Origin: Candidatus Omnitrophota bacterium
Lineage (GTDB): Bacteria > Omnitrophota > Gorgyraeia > Gygaellales > Profunditerraquicolaceae
Reading direction: 5' to 3'
NCBI GenBank assembly: GCA_041662125.1
Contig: JBAZTA010000003.1
Span: 199,992-263,991, forward strand
DNA: 64,000 bases
Shown here one piece after another: positions 9,564 through 19,373 of the stretch; positions within the stretch are counted from its first letter, which is position 1, and each line of letters starts with the position of its first letter. Made by a program: the position numbers and the translations under genes. Under the pieces are notes generated by a model, which searched no databases, was not told the origin of the DNA, and worked only from the letters and a program-made list of their open reading frames with translations.

Positions 9564-10163
9564 TTAAGACCTTTTTTTTGCTTTTATCTTTGCTTTTATC
9601 TTTGCTTTATTCTTTGGTTTTGACTTAAGGGCCGGCTTCCCCCTCTTACCATTGCGCTGTTCCTTCTTCTTTGTTTTTGCTTTCTTAATCAACGGCCTGA
9701 GCGTTTTTTTTCTTTGTTTTCGGGGTTCTTTTGAACGCTGGATCAATTCCAGAACTTCATCCGGGGCGATCTCCCGTAACGGAAGTAACACAAAATCTCT
9801 TTCTAAGATTCTTGGGTGGGGTATACATAAAGCTTCTTCATTCATGGTAATATCGCCATAGGTAAGAATATCCAAATCAATGATCCGGGGGGCATCTTTA
9901 ACCGTACGTACCCTGCCGAACCCTGATTCTATTCTCTGCAGTTCCTGTAAAAGCTGATATGGCGTAAGCTGCGTATCAATTTCTAATGCCGCATTTAAAT
10001 AAGGGCCTTGCCCGGCGGGCCCACCCTGAGGGAGACTGGTAATGATGGTCGAGAGCTTTCTCACCCGGGTATGCGCAAGCATCATGATGTTTCTAACCGC
10101 ACCCTGGATATTATGATGGCGGTCACCGAGATTAGAACCAATACCAATATAACAACGTATCAT
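9564..10163 (-). CDS. folK: 2-amino-4-hydroxy-6-hydroxymethyldihydropteridine diphosphokinase with a lysine-rich C-terminal tail
   Basis: The N-terminal 140 aa match HPPK (YIGIGSNLGDR, RIIDLDIL, PHPRILERDFVLLPL). The last about 55 aa are K/A-rich (KAKIKAKIKAKK) and are encoded by a short tandem DNA repeat at about 9576-9620. Confidence 0.9.
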   Translation of the reverse strand: MIRCYIGIGSNLGDRHHNIQGAVRNIMMLAHTRVRKLSTIITSLPQGGPAGQGPYLNAALEIDTQLTPYQLLQELQRIESGFGRVRTVKDAPRIIDLDILTYGDITMNEEALCIPHPRILERDFVLLPLREIAPDEVLELIQRSKEPRKQRKKTLRPLIKKAKTKKKEQRNGKRGKPALKSKPKNKAKIKAKIKAKKRS

Positions 10164-11335
10164 AATGATCGTAACCTTCCTACCGCTTCTTTCATCCGTT
10201 CTTTGTTAACGGTAAGCGCAAAACGGATATACCCTTCGCCGTATTTCCCAAAACCCACGCCCGGTGTCACCACAATATTAGTTTTTTTGAGGATTTCCTG
10301 GGCAAAATCGATTGATTTATTCTTTTCCGGTATTTTTGCCCACACATAAAAAGTAGCGCGCGGTTTTTTCACGTCCCAGCCCAAGGCGGTTAATCCTGAC
10401 ACCAGTATATCTCTGCGGGCCTGGTACAACTGGCACATATGCTCACTATGTTCACTCTGGCCTTCCAGGGCGATGACTCCGGCAACCTGGATCGCGGAGA
10501 ATATGCCTGAATCAATGTTTGATTTTACCTTTGCTAAAGCACTTACCAGTCTTTTATTGCCGCACGCCCAGCCTATTCGCCAGCCGGTCATATTACAGGT
10601 TTTAGAAAGCGAGTGAAATTCTATGCCGATCTCACGCGCACCATCTATCTCAAGGAAACTTTTTGGTTTGTATCCATCGTAGGCGATCTCTGAATATGCT
10701 AAATCGGAAATAACAATAATCTTATAGGTATGCGCGAAATCAATGACTTTTTTGTAAAAATCAATACTACAGGTAGCGCCGGTAGGATTGTTAGGGTAAT
10801 TCATGTAGAGTATCTTTGCTTTTTTCCTGATAGACAGCGGGATCTTCTTTAGATCAAACAAAAATCCGTTCTTTTCAAGAAGTGGGAGTAAATAGGGTTT
10901 TCCTCCTGCAAGAATAGTGCCTCCTTTATACGGGGGATAACAGGGATCAGGCACTAATGAATAATCCCCCTGATTCAAGAATGCAAAAGGAAAATGAGCG
11001 ATCCCTTCTTTAGAGCCTATCAGCGGCAATATTTCGCTATCTGGCTCAAGGATAACGTTAAACCGCGTTTTATACCATTTGCTGATCGCTTGGCGTAGCG
11101 CCGGCATTCCCTGGTCAAGCGCATAGCGGTGATTTACCGGATCCTGTGCTGCTTTAAATAAGGCCTTAATAATGAATTTCGGGGTAGGCTGGTCCGGGTC
11201 GCCGATGCCCAGGTCAATAATATCCCTGCCTTCTTTGCGAGCCTGCCGTTTGGCCTTATCGATTTCAAGAAAAAGGTACGCAGGCAATTGTTTTAACCGT
11301 TTTGATATTTCAAATTCCATTACAACTCCCTTCAT
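10160..11335 (-). CDS. dapL: class I/II aminotransferase, most likely LL-diaminopimelate aminotransferase (DapL type)
   Basis: N-terminus LPAYLFLEIDKAKRQARKEGRDIIDLGIGDPD is typical of DapL/AlaT-like aminotransferases. It sits inside a dapA-dapB-dapF-lysA block, and the window has no dapD/dapE. Confidence 0.7.
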   Translation of the reverse strand: MKGVVMEFEISKRLKQLPAYLFLEIDKAKRQARKEGRDIIDLGIGDPDQPTPKFIIKALFKAAQDPVNHRYALDQGMPALRQAISKWYKTRFNVILEPDSEILPLIGSKEGIAHFPFAFLNQGDYSLVPDPCYPPYKGGTILAGGKPYLLPLLEKNGFLFDLKKIPLSIRKKAKILYMNYPNNPTGATCSIDFYKKVIDFAHTYKIIVISDLAYSEIAYDGYKPKSFLEIDGAREIGIEFHSLSKTCNMTGWRIGWACGNKRLVSALAKVKSNIDSGIFSAIQVAGVIALEGQSEHSEHMCQLYQARRDILVSGLTALGWDVKKPRATFYVWAKIPEKNKSIDFAQEILKKTNIVVTPGVGFGKYGEGYIRFALTVNKERMKEAVGRLRSL

Positions 11336-11350
11336 CTGCCGAATAAACCC

Positions 11351-12385
11351 TTAACTTTTAATAAAGCTTTCAATAACTTTGATGCCTAAATCAATTGCCG
11401 CTTGCGCATCATCGCTATGGAATACACCAGTAGGAGAATGCACATACCTGGTAGGGATACTTAAAACACCGGTCAAGACTCCTTCACGGTTCATATAAAT
11501 CATTGCTCCATCGGTCATGCCGCCTTCCAGAATATCTATCTGGCATTTGATCTTATTTTTCTTTGCAGTTTCAATAAATAAATCTCTGATCTTCTCAGTA
11601 ACGATTATTCCGCGTCCCCCGGCTTCCATGATCGTAATAGCAGTGCCAGCGCCCAATTTTAATGAAGACTCTCTTTCTCGAATATTCGGGGTATCTCCGG
11701 CACAGGTCGTATCAAGAACGATCGCAAAATCGGGGTTAACCTTGAATGATGATGTCCTCGCCCCTTTTAAGCCGACTTCTTCCTGAGTTGTTGCAACCGC
11801 GTACACTTCGGCTTTGACGCTTAGTTTCTCCATGATCTTAAGCATACAATAACAGCCGATACGGTTATCAATAGCCTTGCCGTAAAACAACTTTCCGTTT
11901 AACACACCGGCATTTGGTTCAAAGATCACTGAATCAGCAACGGAAACTCTTTTCTCAGCATCTTGCCTCGTGGAACATCCGATGTCAATAAACATGTCTT
12001 CGTATTTCAAAGGCTTATTTTTTTCTTCATCCTTGGTTAAATGCGGCGGTTTAATACCGATAATACCGAAACAGTCGCCTTTTTTTGATTTCACGACCAC
12101 TCGCTGCCCGACTAAGACCTTATCATCAATACCCCCGATTTTTATAAAGTTTAAATACCCTTCTTTAGAGATATGTTTAACTACCAACCCGATCTCATCC
12201 ATGTGCGCAGCAAGCATGATCTTTTTAGGCCCCTTGCCTTTGCGCGCAATCACATTACCAAATAAGTCGATCCGCACATCTTCACAGGTTTTCTTAAGTT
12301 CAAGCTGCATGATCGAAGCGATTTCCCTTTCGTATCCTGAGACTCCGGCAGCATTTATCATTTTTTTAAGTAATTGCACATCCAT
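11351..12385 (-). CDS. M42 family metallopeptidase (FrvX/deblocking aminopeptidase-like)
   Basis: 344 aa with AAHMDEIGL, the metal-binding His/Asp blocks and overall M42 layout. Confidence 0.85.
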   Translation of the reverse strand: MDVQLLKKMINAAGVSGYEREIASIMQLELKKTCEDVRIDLFGNVIARKGKGPKKIMLAAHMDEIGLVVKHISKEGYLNFIKIGGIDDKVLVGQRVVVKSKKGDCFGIIGIKPPHLTKDEEKNKPLKYEDMFIDIGCSTRQDAEKRVSVADSVIFEPNAGVLNGKLFYGKAIDNRIGCYCMLKIMEKLSVKAEVYAVATTQEEVGLKGARTSSFKVNPDFAIVLDTTCAGDTPNIRERESSLKLGAGTAITIMEAGGRGIIVTEKIRDLFIETAKKNKIKCQIDILEGGMTDGAMIYMNREGVLTGVLSIPTRYVHSPTGVFHSDDAQAAIDLGIKVIESFIKS

Positions 12386-12407
12386 AACAAACTCCTTTTG
12401 CGAAAAT

Positions 12408-13121
12408 TTATTTTAACAACACATCCTGCATTGAATACAGCCCTGCTGGTTTTCGGGCGATCCACGAAGCCGCCGCCAGCGCTCCTAAAACAAACAGGTC
12501 CCGGGTATGCGCCTGATGTTTAATCTCAATTCGCTCTGAATTGCCGCAAAAAATAACCGTATGGTCGCCGATAATATCCCCCAATCGGATGGCATGCGCG
12601 GGGATCTCTTTGCCGGTAGCCTCCTTTAACACCTGCATCATTTTCTTCGCCGTGCCTGAAGGAGCATCTTTCTTCCATGTATGGTGCGCTTCTACTATTT
12701 CAATAGTATACGCAGGCCCTAAGCGTTTGGCAATCTCCGGGAGTATCGAAAACAGTACATTAACGCCAATAGACATATTTGGCGAAAATACCACAGGGAT
12801 GACTTTTGCAACCTCTTCTATTTTCTGGGCCTGTTCTGCGCTAAACCCCGTCGTCCCTAAAACCAATGCTTTACGGTATTTTGCCGCATAATCCAGAAGA
12901 TTCATACTTGCTTCGGGGCTCGTAAAATCGATCAAAACATCGATCAGAAAAACACCGTCAGGGTTTGAAGAAATCTTAAGTTTTCCTGCTTCTTTGCCGA
13001 TCTCAGGGATCCCTTTTCTTTCTAACACAAGGTTTACTTCAAAATCCTTATTTTGCTGGGCCAACTCAAATATACGCCTGCCCATTTTTCCACAGACGCC
13101 AGCTATTCCAAGTTTTATCAT
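12408..13121 (-). CDS. dapB: 4-hydroxy-tetrahydrodipicolinate reductase
   Basis: N-terminal GxxGxxG (IAGVCGKMG). The EIVEAHHTWKKDAPSGTA block is diagnostic of DapB. Confidence 0.95.
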   Translation of the reverse strand: MIKLGIAGVCGKMGRRIFELAQQNKDFEVNLVLERKGIPEIGKEAGKLKISSNPDGVFLIDVLIDFTSPEASMNLLDYAAKYRKALVLGTTGFSAEQAQKIEEVAKVIPVVFSPNMSIGVNVLFSILPEIAKRLGPAYTIEIVEAHHTWKKDAPSGTAKKMMQVLKEATGKEIPAHAIRLGDIIGDHTVIFCGNSERIEIKHQAHTRDLFVLGALAAASWIARKPAGLYSMQDVLLK

Positions 13122-13156
13122 CGTGCCTCCCTATTTCAGTAACGAGTAAGAGGTAT

Positions 13157-14032
13157 TTATAATAATCCGTAGTCTTTTAAGGCTTTCTTAAGTTTTTCCA
13201 GGTTTTCAGGCGAAAGAGAGCACATAGGTAAGCGTAAATCAGGGCCACATAAACCTAAAAGCCCCATAGCCGTCTTTACCGGGATCGGATTTGTTTCAAT
13301 GAACATTGCCTTTATTAAAGGCAGAAGTTTATAGTGAATTTCCTGAGCTTTTTTAATATTACCTTTTTCAAATTCGCTTACCAGGTTCGCGACCTCTTTA
13401 GGCACAATGTTAGCGACAACCGAAATAACTCCTGTCCCTCCGATCGCCAAAACCGGCAAAGTCAACGCGTCATCTCCGGAAAGGATATTAAATGAAGCTG
13501 GGCATAATTGCTTAATACGCGACATCTGTTCAAGATTCCCTGAAGCTTCTTTGACTGCTACGATATTTTTGCAATCCTGCGATAATTTGGCGATCGTTTC
13601 CGGCTCAATATTGACTCCGGTACGTGAGGCAATATTATACAAAATAACCGGGATATCCGCACATGCAGCAACGGCTTGGAAATGCAGATACAGGCCTTTT
13701 TGTGTCGGACGGTTATAATACGGCGCGACATGCAGCGTCGCGTCAGCCCCAGACTTAGCAGCCTGCCTGGTAAGCATGACCGCCTCATCGGTCGAATTAG
13801 AGCCGGTTCCCGCAATAACGGGGATCCTTTTTTCCGCGGCTTCGATCACGATCTCAATGACCCGTTCATGTTCAGCCCAGGATAATGTTGCCGATTCTCC
13901 CGTTGTGCCGCAAGGGACAAGCGCGGAAGTCTTATTTTTTATATGAAACACTGCCAAATCCCTTAACTTCTTTTCGTCTATTTTGCCGTTTTTAAACGGA
14001 GTAACAATTGCCACCATCGAACCTTTAAACAT
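13157..14032 (-). CDS. dapA: 4-hydroxy-tetrahydrodipicolinate synthase
   Basis: AIVTPF...PCGTTGE motif, catalytic Lys region (VAVKEASG) and 291 aa. Confidence 0.95.
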   Translation of the reverse strand: MFKGSMVAIVTPFKNGKIDEKKLRDLAVFHIKNKTSALVPCGTTGESATLSWAEHERVIEIVIEAAEKRIPVIAGTGSNSTDEAVMLTRQAAKSGADATLHVAPYYNRPTQKGLYLHFQAVAACADIPVILYNIASRTGVNIEPETIAKLSQDCKNIVAVKEASGNLEQMSRIKQLCPASFNILSGDDALTLPVLAIGGTGVISVVANIVPKEVANLVSEFEKGNIKKAQEIHYKLLPLIKAMFIETNPIPVKTAMGLLGLCGPDLRLPMCSLSPENLEKLKKALKDYGLL

Positions 14033-14064
14033 GTGACGCTCCTTGCTCTATGTATTTTTCGTTA

Positions 14065-14631
14065 CTATTTATTTAAGTTTAAATCAACTTTTGGGACCGC
14101 TTTCTCTTTTTCATCAACGATCTCAAACAAATCCGCTGTTTTAAAATTAAACACGCCTGCGAGAAGATTGGTCGGAAAACTCTGCACCGCGATATTAAAT
14201 CTCGTCGCAATATTATTATAGGACTGCCGGGCGGAACTGATCTGATTTTCAGTCAACGACAGTTCTTCCTGTAACTTTGAAACGTTTTCATTTGATTTTA
14301 ACTGCGGATAATTTTCTACTAACGCGAATAACTGCCGTAAGGCACCGCTCAAGGCATTTTCCTGAACGGCCTTTTGGGCAACACTTCCCTGAAAAGAAAC
14401 GGCTTTATTTCTTGCTTCAATGACTTTCGTGAACGTCTCCTGTTCGAATTTCATAATACCTTTGACTGTTTCGATCAAATTCGGGATAAGATCGTGCCTT
14501 CGCTTGAGCACGACATCGATTTGTTTCCAGGCGTTTTGCATCTGGTTTTTCGCCGCGACCAGGAAATTATACGTGCCTGCGAGCCAAAAGCCAATAATTA
14601 TCGCAATGCCTAATACAACATAAAGGATCAT
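14065..14631 (-). CDS. lemA: LemA family protein
   Basis: N-terminal TM helix followed by the LemA block (AKNQMQNAWKQIDVVLKRRHDLIPNLIETVKG). Confidence 0.9.
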   Translation of the reverse strand: MILYVVLGIAIIIGFWLAGTYNFLVAAKNQMQNAWKQIDVVLKRRHDLIPNLIETVKGIMKFEQETFTKVIEARNKAVSFQGSVAQKAVQENALSGALRQLFALVENYPQLKSNENVSKLQEELSLTENQISSARQSYNNIATRFNIAVQSFPTNLLAGVFNFKTADLFEIVDEKEKAVPKVDLNLNK

Positions 14632-14640
14632 CGTCTCCTC

Positions 14641-15459
14641 CTATATAGATTCAAACTGCCCCTGAAATACGATCCTGGCCTTACCTTCCAGCCAGACATT
14701 TTTAAACACATCAGCGTTACGGTCAAAATATACCGTCACAATTTCTTTACTTTGCGTATGGACAAATATTTTTTCTACCGCATCAGTTTTCATTGCAAAA
14801 ATAAGCGCAGCAGCTACCGCCCCCGTACCGCAGGCGAGCGTCTCATCCTCGACTCCCCGTTCATACGTACGGATCCTCAATGAATTCTCATTAATAAGTT
14901 CGATAAAATTAACATTAGTGCCTGCAGGTGAAAACTGTTCAAGGAACCTTATTTTTCTGCCAATACCCACAACATCAATTTTATCCAGGCCTTCGACAAA
15001 AATGACCGCATGAGGGACTCCCGTATTAATAAGATTTACGTATAATTTCCTTCCCTCAAGGTTAAGCAGAATGTTGAGCTTTACCGACTTAGGATCCGTC
15101 AATTTAATACTGATATTATCATTAATGATTTCTGATTCAATCATTCCGGCTTTTGTTTCGATCTTAAGCTCAGCATTTTTAATTTTTCGTTTATTGCTTA
15201 CCCAACAAGCGACACACCGCGCCCCGTTACCGCACATTTCCGCTTCTGAACCGTTTGCATTAAAAATACGCATTTTAACATCTGCGATAATCGATTTTTC
15301 CAAAACGAGCAGCCCGTCAGCGCCGACCCCGAATTTGCGGTCACAGATCTCCTGAGCGAAAGACTGCAGTTCATCTTTTTTTAAGCATTGCTTGTTCTCT
15401 ATGACAACAAAATCATTGCCTGAAGCTACCATTTTAGTGAATTCAAGAGCTTTTATCAT
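14641..15459 (-). CDS. dapF: diaminopimelate epimerase
   Basis: MVASGNDFVVIEN near the N-terminus and two catalytic Cys blocks (CGNGARCVA, ACGTGAVAAA). Confidence 0.95.
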   Translation of the reverse strand: MIKALEFTKMVASGNDFVVIENKQCLKKDELQSFAQEICDRKFGVGADGLLVLEKSIIADVKMRIFNANGSEAEMCGNGARCVACWVSNKRKIKNAELKIETKAGMIESEIINDNISIKLTDPKSVKLNILLNLEGRKLYVNLINTGVPHAVIFVEGLDKIDVVGIGRKIRFLEQFSPAGTNVNFIELINENSLRIRTYERGVEDETLACGTGAVAAALIFAMKTDAVEKIFVHTQSKEIVTVYFDRNADVFKNVWLEGKARIVFQGQFESI

Positions 15460-16712
15460 AACGCGACAATCTCCTCGTTAGTGATCAGATCAAAACAAGT
15501 TTCCCGTTTGCGTATCACGTACGCGCGCCTGCCTTTAACCATAACCTCTGCCGCGCGGCAGCGGGAATTATAATTACTCGACATACTAAAACCATAAGCG
15601 CCCGCGCTCATCACCGCCGCAAAATTACCTTCAGTGAACTTCGGCAGCATCCTGTCTTTGGCAAAGAAATCCCCTGATTCGCAGATAGGGCCGACCATGT
15701 CGGCTTTCTCGGTGATCAATGAGCGGTTATCGGTTCGCGTGGGGACAATTTGATGATACGCCCCATAAAGCGAAGGACGGATCAAATCATTCATGCCGCC
15801 ATCAACTATAATAAATTTCTTTTTAGGCGTCGATTTAACATATAAAACTTTGACCACCAGGATGCCAGCGTTGCCGACAATAAATCTGCCTGGTTCCATG
15901 ATTATTTTAAGGCCGGTTTTCTTTAATAAAGGCAGGATCTTTGTCGCATATTTCTCCGCAGTCTGCGGTTTCTCGTTATCATAGACGATCCCCAGGCCTC
16001 CGCCAATATTCAAATATTCAAGCGAAATACCGATATGCTTCAGGTGTTTAATAAAGACGGCCATTTTGTTTATTGCCGCAACAAACGACTCACTTTCAGT
16101 TATTTGAGATCCAATATGAATATGTAAGCCAGAAATTGAAAGATGTTTGAATCGGGAACGCACGAGTAGAATATCATGAGCGGTCAAAAGGTCTATTCCG
16201 AATTTATTCGTAAGCTTGCCTGTCGTAATATATTTATGCGTCTTTGGCTCCACATCAGGATTTACCCGTATTGCAACACGGGTGTGCCGGCCAAGCGAAG
16301 AAGCGATACGGTTTATATTCTCCAACTCCGGTAAGCTTTCAACGTTAAAAAACAAGATGCCTGCCTTGATTGCCGCTTCTATTTCCTGGTTTGTCTTGCC
16401 CACGGACGCATATACGATCCGCTGCGATGGACAGCCGACTTTGAGCGCTCGAAAAAGCTCTCCACCCGATACAATATCAAGCCCGGCACCTTGCGAAACA
16501 AGTGTTTTTAAAATCGATAAATTCGAGTTAGCTTTGACCGAGTAACAAATAAGCGGGTCGATCTGCCGGAAGGCAGAATAAAGCTTATGGTAATGATCGG
16601 TCAAAGTATGGCTGCTATATACATACAAAGGAGTGCCAAAACGCTTGGCGAGAGCGGCGACCTTTACCCCTTCGCAATATAAATAATTATTTTTTATCTT
16701 AAAATCATGCAT
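15456..16712 (-). CDS. lysA: diaminopimelate decarboxylase
   Basis: Fold-III PLP decarboxylase: FGTPLYVYS, PLP-Lys region (YSVKANSN), GGGLG and EPGR blocks, 418 aa. Confidence 0.95.
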   Translation of the reverse strand: MHDFKIKNNYLYCEGVKVAALAKRFGTPLYVYSSHTLTDHYHKLYSAFRQIDPLICYSVKANSNLSILKTLVSQGAGLDIVSGGELFRALKVGCPSQRIVYASVGKTNQEIEAAIKAGILFFNVESLPELENINRIASSLGRHTRVAIRVNPDVEPKTHKYITTGKLTNKFGIDLLTAHDILLVRSRFKHLSISGLHIHIGSQITESESFVAAINKMAVFIKHLKHIGISLEYLNIGGGLGIVYDNEKPQTAEKYATKILPLLKKTGLKIIMEPGRFIVGNAGILVVKVLYVKSTPKKKFIIVDGGMNDLIRPSLYGAYHQIVPTRTDNRSLITEKADMVGPICESGDFFAKDRMLPKFTEGNFAAVMSAGAYGFSMSSNYNSRCRAAEVMVKGRRAYVIRKRETCFDLITNEEIVAL

Positions 16713-16729
16713 CGGCTAATTCTCTTGGA

Positions 16730-18097
16730 TTATTTTTTCCTCAGTATCGATTTCTTTGATCTTACTGAAACCAACGGATCAAAAAGTTTTACTATTTCTT
16801 TTTTTACGAATTCTCCGGAAAACTCTTTTAAAATATTTTCAGGCATCGCTTTTATTTCGATCCCGTTCGTCAACGAATATTGTACCAGTTTACCGACGAT
16901 CGTGTGCGCTTGTTTAAAGGGGACCTTTTTGTCAACCAGATAATACACCAGGTCAGTAGCGTATAAGGATTCATCCTTGAGATGAGCGGCGATCTTGTCT
17001 TTTTTGAATTTCAGGGTCTTTACAAGCCCTGTCAAAACCTCTAGTTCATCGGAAACTATTTCAAAGGAATTAAATAATGGTTCCTTGTCGAGCTGCATAT
17101 CCCGGTTATAGGTCAAGGGCAGGCCTTTCATCATTGTAAGCACACTGACAAGATTACCGTTTAATCGACCAGCATACCCCCGCACCAGTTCCAGGACATC
17201 AGGATTTTTTTTCTGCGGCATCAGCGAACTGCCCGTGCAAAAAGATTCATCGATATCCACGAAATCAAATTCTTTCGTCGACCAGAGAATGAGATCCTCC
17301 GCTAAGCGCGACAGATGCATCGCCAGAATCGCTAAAGCGCTGATTATCTCGATCACGAAATCCCGGTCGCTGACCGTATCTAAAGAATTGGAAGTTATGC
17401 ATAGGTTGAACATGCCAGCAAATTTCTTTTTTTCTTTTAAAATATCGCGGGCTGCATCATTATACTTAGCAGCGTCAACAGGAGTACCGGCTAAAGCTCC
17501 TGCTCCCATGGTTATTTTTATATTCTCTTTAATAAAAGCAAGTCGTTCTGAATCTCTACTTAGCATATCATTGTAAGCAACTAAATAATCCTTTAAATAA
17601 ACCGGTTGAGCATGCTGCAAATGGGTAAAACCCGGTATTATAATTTCTGAATTTTTTATTGATAATTCTAGAAGTTTATTTGACAAATCGATAGTTTTAA
17701 TTTCTAATTCTCCTAGAATCATTTTAGAATACAATTTAGTTGCAAATACTACCATATCATTTCTAGAGCGAGCAGTGTGTAATTTTAAAGCTAAATCACC
17801 GACTTTTTTATACAATTCGTTTTGAATACAGGTATGTATATCTTCGCAATCTTTGTCAAATCTGAATTCATCTTTCTCAATCTTTTCGTAAATAGAATCC
17901 AAAGCTTTTTCGAGACCAATAAACTCAGCATTTGTTAAATATCTATCTCCACATTTCCTCAGTATGTGAACATGGATCATTGATCCAAGCACATCATATT
18001 CAGCAAGCTTATAATCATACTGAATGGATCTAGTAAATTTTTCCACTAATGGATCAGTCGGTTTACTGAATCTTCCTCCCCACAATTTTTTTGCCAT
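16730..18097 (-). CDS. argH: argininosuccinate lyase
   Basis: N-terminus KLWGGRFS, and the fumarase/ASL signature GSSLMPQKKNPD. Confidence 0.97.
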   Translation of the reverse strand: MAKKLWGGRFSKPTDPLVEKFTRSIQYDYKLAEYDVLGSMIHVHILRKCGDRYLTNAEFIGLEKALDSIYEKIEKDEFRFDKDCEDIHTCIQNELYKKVGDLALKLHTARSRNDMVVFATKLYSKMILGELEIKTIDLSNKLLELSIKNSEIIIPGFTHLQHAQPVYLKDYLVAYNDMLSRDSERLAFIKENIKITMGAGALAGTPVDAAKYNDAARDILKEKKKFAGMFNLCITSNSLDTVSDRDFVIEIISALAILAMHLSRLAEDLILWSTKEFDFVDIDESFCTGSSLMPQKKNPDVLELVRGYAGRLNGNLVSVLTMMKGLPLTYNRDMQLDKEPLFNSFEIVSDELEVLTGLVKTLKFKKDKIAAHLKDESLYATDLVYYLVDKKVPFKQAHTIVGKLVQYSLTNGIEIKAMPENILKEFSGEFVKKEIVKLFDPLVSVRSKKSILRKK

Positions 18098-18123
18098 TAT
18101 AAACCCTCTTTCCTACTTTTAAT

Positions 18124-19308
18124 TTATCTCTTATACGGCATCGCCCACAATTTAATAAAACCTTCAGCTAACTTTTGGTTAAATGTATCGTCTTTGCCAT
18201 AGGTGCTGAGTTCTTTTTTGTATAAAGAATACGGGGATTTCCTGCCTACCGCAACACAGGTCCCTTTTGATAATTTTAATTTTATCGTTCCAGAGACATA
18301 TTTCTGGCTGGCATTCACAAAACCGTCTAAAGCTTCTTTCAAATGAGAATACCATAAGCCGTAATAAATAAGCTCCGCGTACTTAAGAGAGACCATTTCC
18401 TTATAGTGCGCTATTTCCCGGTCCAGGACCAGGCTTTCCAATTCCCGGTGAGCGGCATAAAGGATTGTCCCTGCCGGAGCCTCATAGATTTCACGGGATT
18501 TAATACCCACGAGCCTGTTTTCTACCATGTCATACCGGCCAATACCATACTGGCCACCGAGCAGGTTTAATTCTTCGATCATAGATTTAAGCTTCATCGC
18601 TTTTGCGTTTAATTTTTTGGGAACCCCCTTCTCAAAGGTAACTTCAATGTATTTCGGGTATGTCGCCCCCTGTAAAGGGCTTTTGGTTATCATATAGGCG
18701 TCCTCAGGAGGCTCTTTTTCAAGATCTTCCAGGACTCCAGCTTCAATACTGATCCCCCAAATATTCCTGTCGATACTATAGGGCTTTTTTTTGGTAACAT
18801 CTATAGGGATATTGTTCGCCAAGGCATAATCGATCTCTTCTTCACGCGACTTGAATTCCCATTCCCTTACAGGCGCTATGATCTCTAATTTTGGATCTAA
18901 TATGCCTATCGTAACTTCAAGCCTGACCTGGTCATTACCTTTACCCGTACAACCATGAGCGACAAACCCGGCCTTCTCCTTATGCGCTACCTCAACCAAA
19001 TATTTAGCGATCAAAGGCCTTCCCAAAGCAGTCGCCAATAAATACTTGCCTTCATAAACCGCGTTCGCTTTAAGAGCGGGGACAATAAAATCATCTACAA
19101 ACTCATCCTGAAGGTCCTTAATATATACTTTCGAAGCTCCGGCGGCAAGCGCGCGCGCTTCAATTTCTTCAAAATTCTCTCCCTTACCTAATCCCTGGCC
19201 TAAATCAGCGACGAAACAAATAACTTCAAATTCGCGGTCACGCAACCAGCGGACGATACATGATGTATCTAACCCTCCTGAATACGCTAAGACTACTTTT
19301 TTCATCAT
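18124..19308 (-). CDS. argG: argininosuccinate synthase
   Basis: AYSGGLDTS PP-loop at the N-terminus, 394 aa. Confidence 0.97.
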   Translation of the reverse strand: MMKKVVLAYSGGLDTSCIVRWLRDREFEVICFVADLGQGLGKGENFEEIEARALAAGASKVYIKDLQDEFVDDFIVPALKANAVYEGKYLLATALGRPLIAKYLVEVAHKEKAGFVAHGCTGKGNDQVRLEVTIGILDPKLEIIAPVREWEFKSREEEIDYALANNIPIDVTKKKPYSIDRNIWGISIEAGVLEDLEKEPPEDAYMITKSPLQGATYPKYIEVTFEKGVPKKLNAKAMKLKSMIEELNLLGGQYGIGRYDMVENRLVGIKSREIYEAPAGTILYAAHRELESLVLDREIAHYKEMVSLKYAELIYYGLWYSHLKEALDGFVNASQKYVSGTIKLKLSKGTCVAVGRKSPYSLYKKELSTYGKDDTFNQKLAEGFIKLWAMPYKR

Positions 19309-19373
19309 ATTTTTACGTTTTTAAGGAGCATGCTTTTAGAAATTTCGTTAAAAAACACGCTACCTGTTTGCGT

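Noticed and set aside
9576-9620. Tandem 12-nt repeat as an intergenic SSR or phase-variation switch
   Set aside because: It lies inside the folK reading frame, in frame, and encodes the K/A-rich tail. I report it as a protein feature instead.
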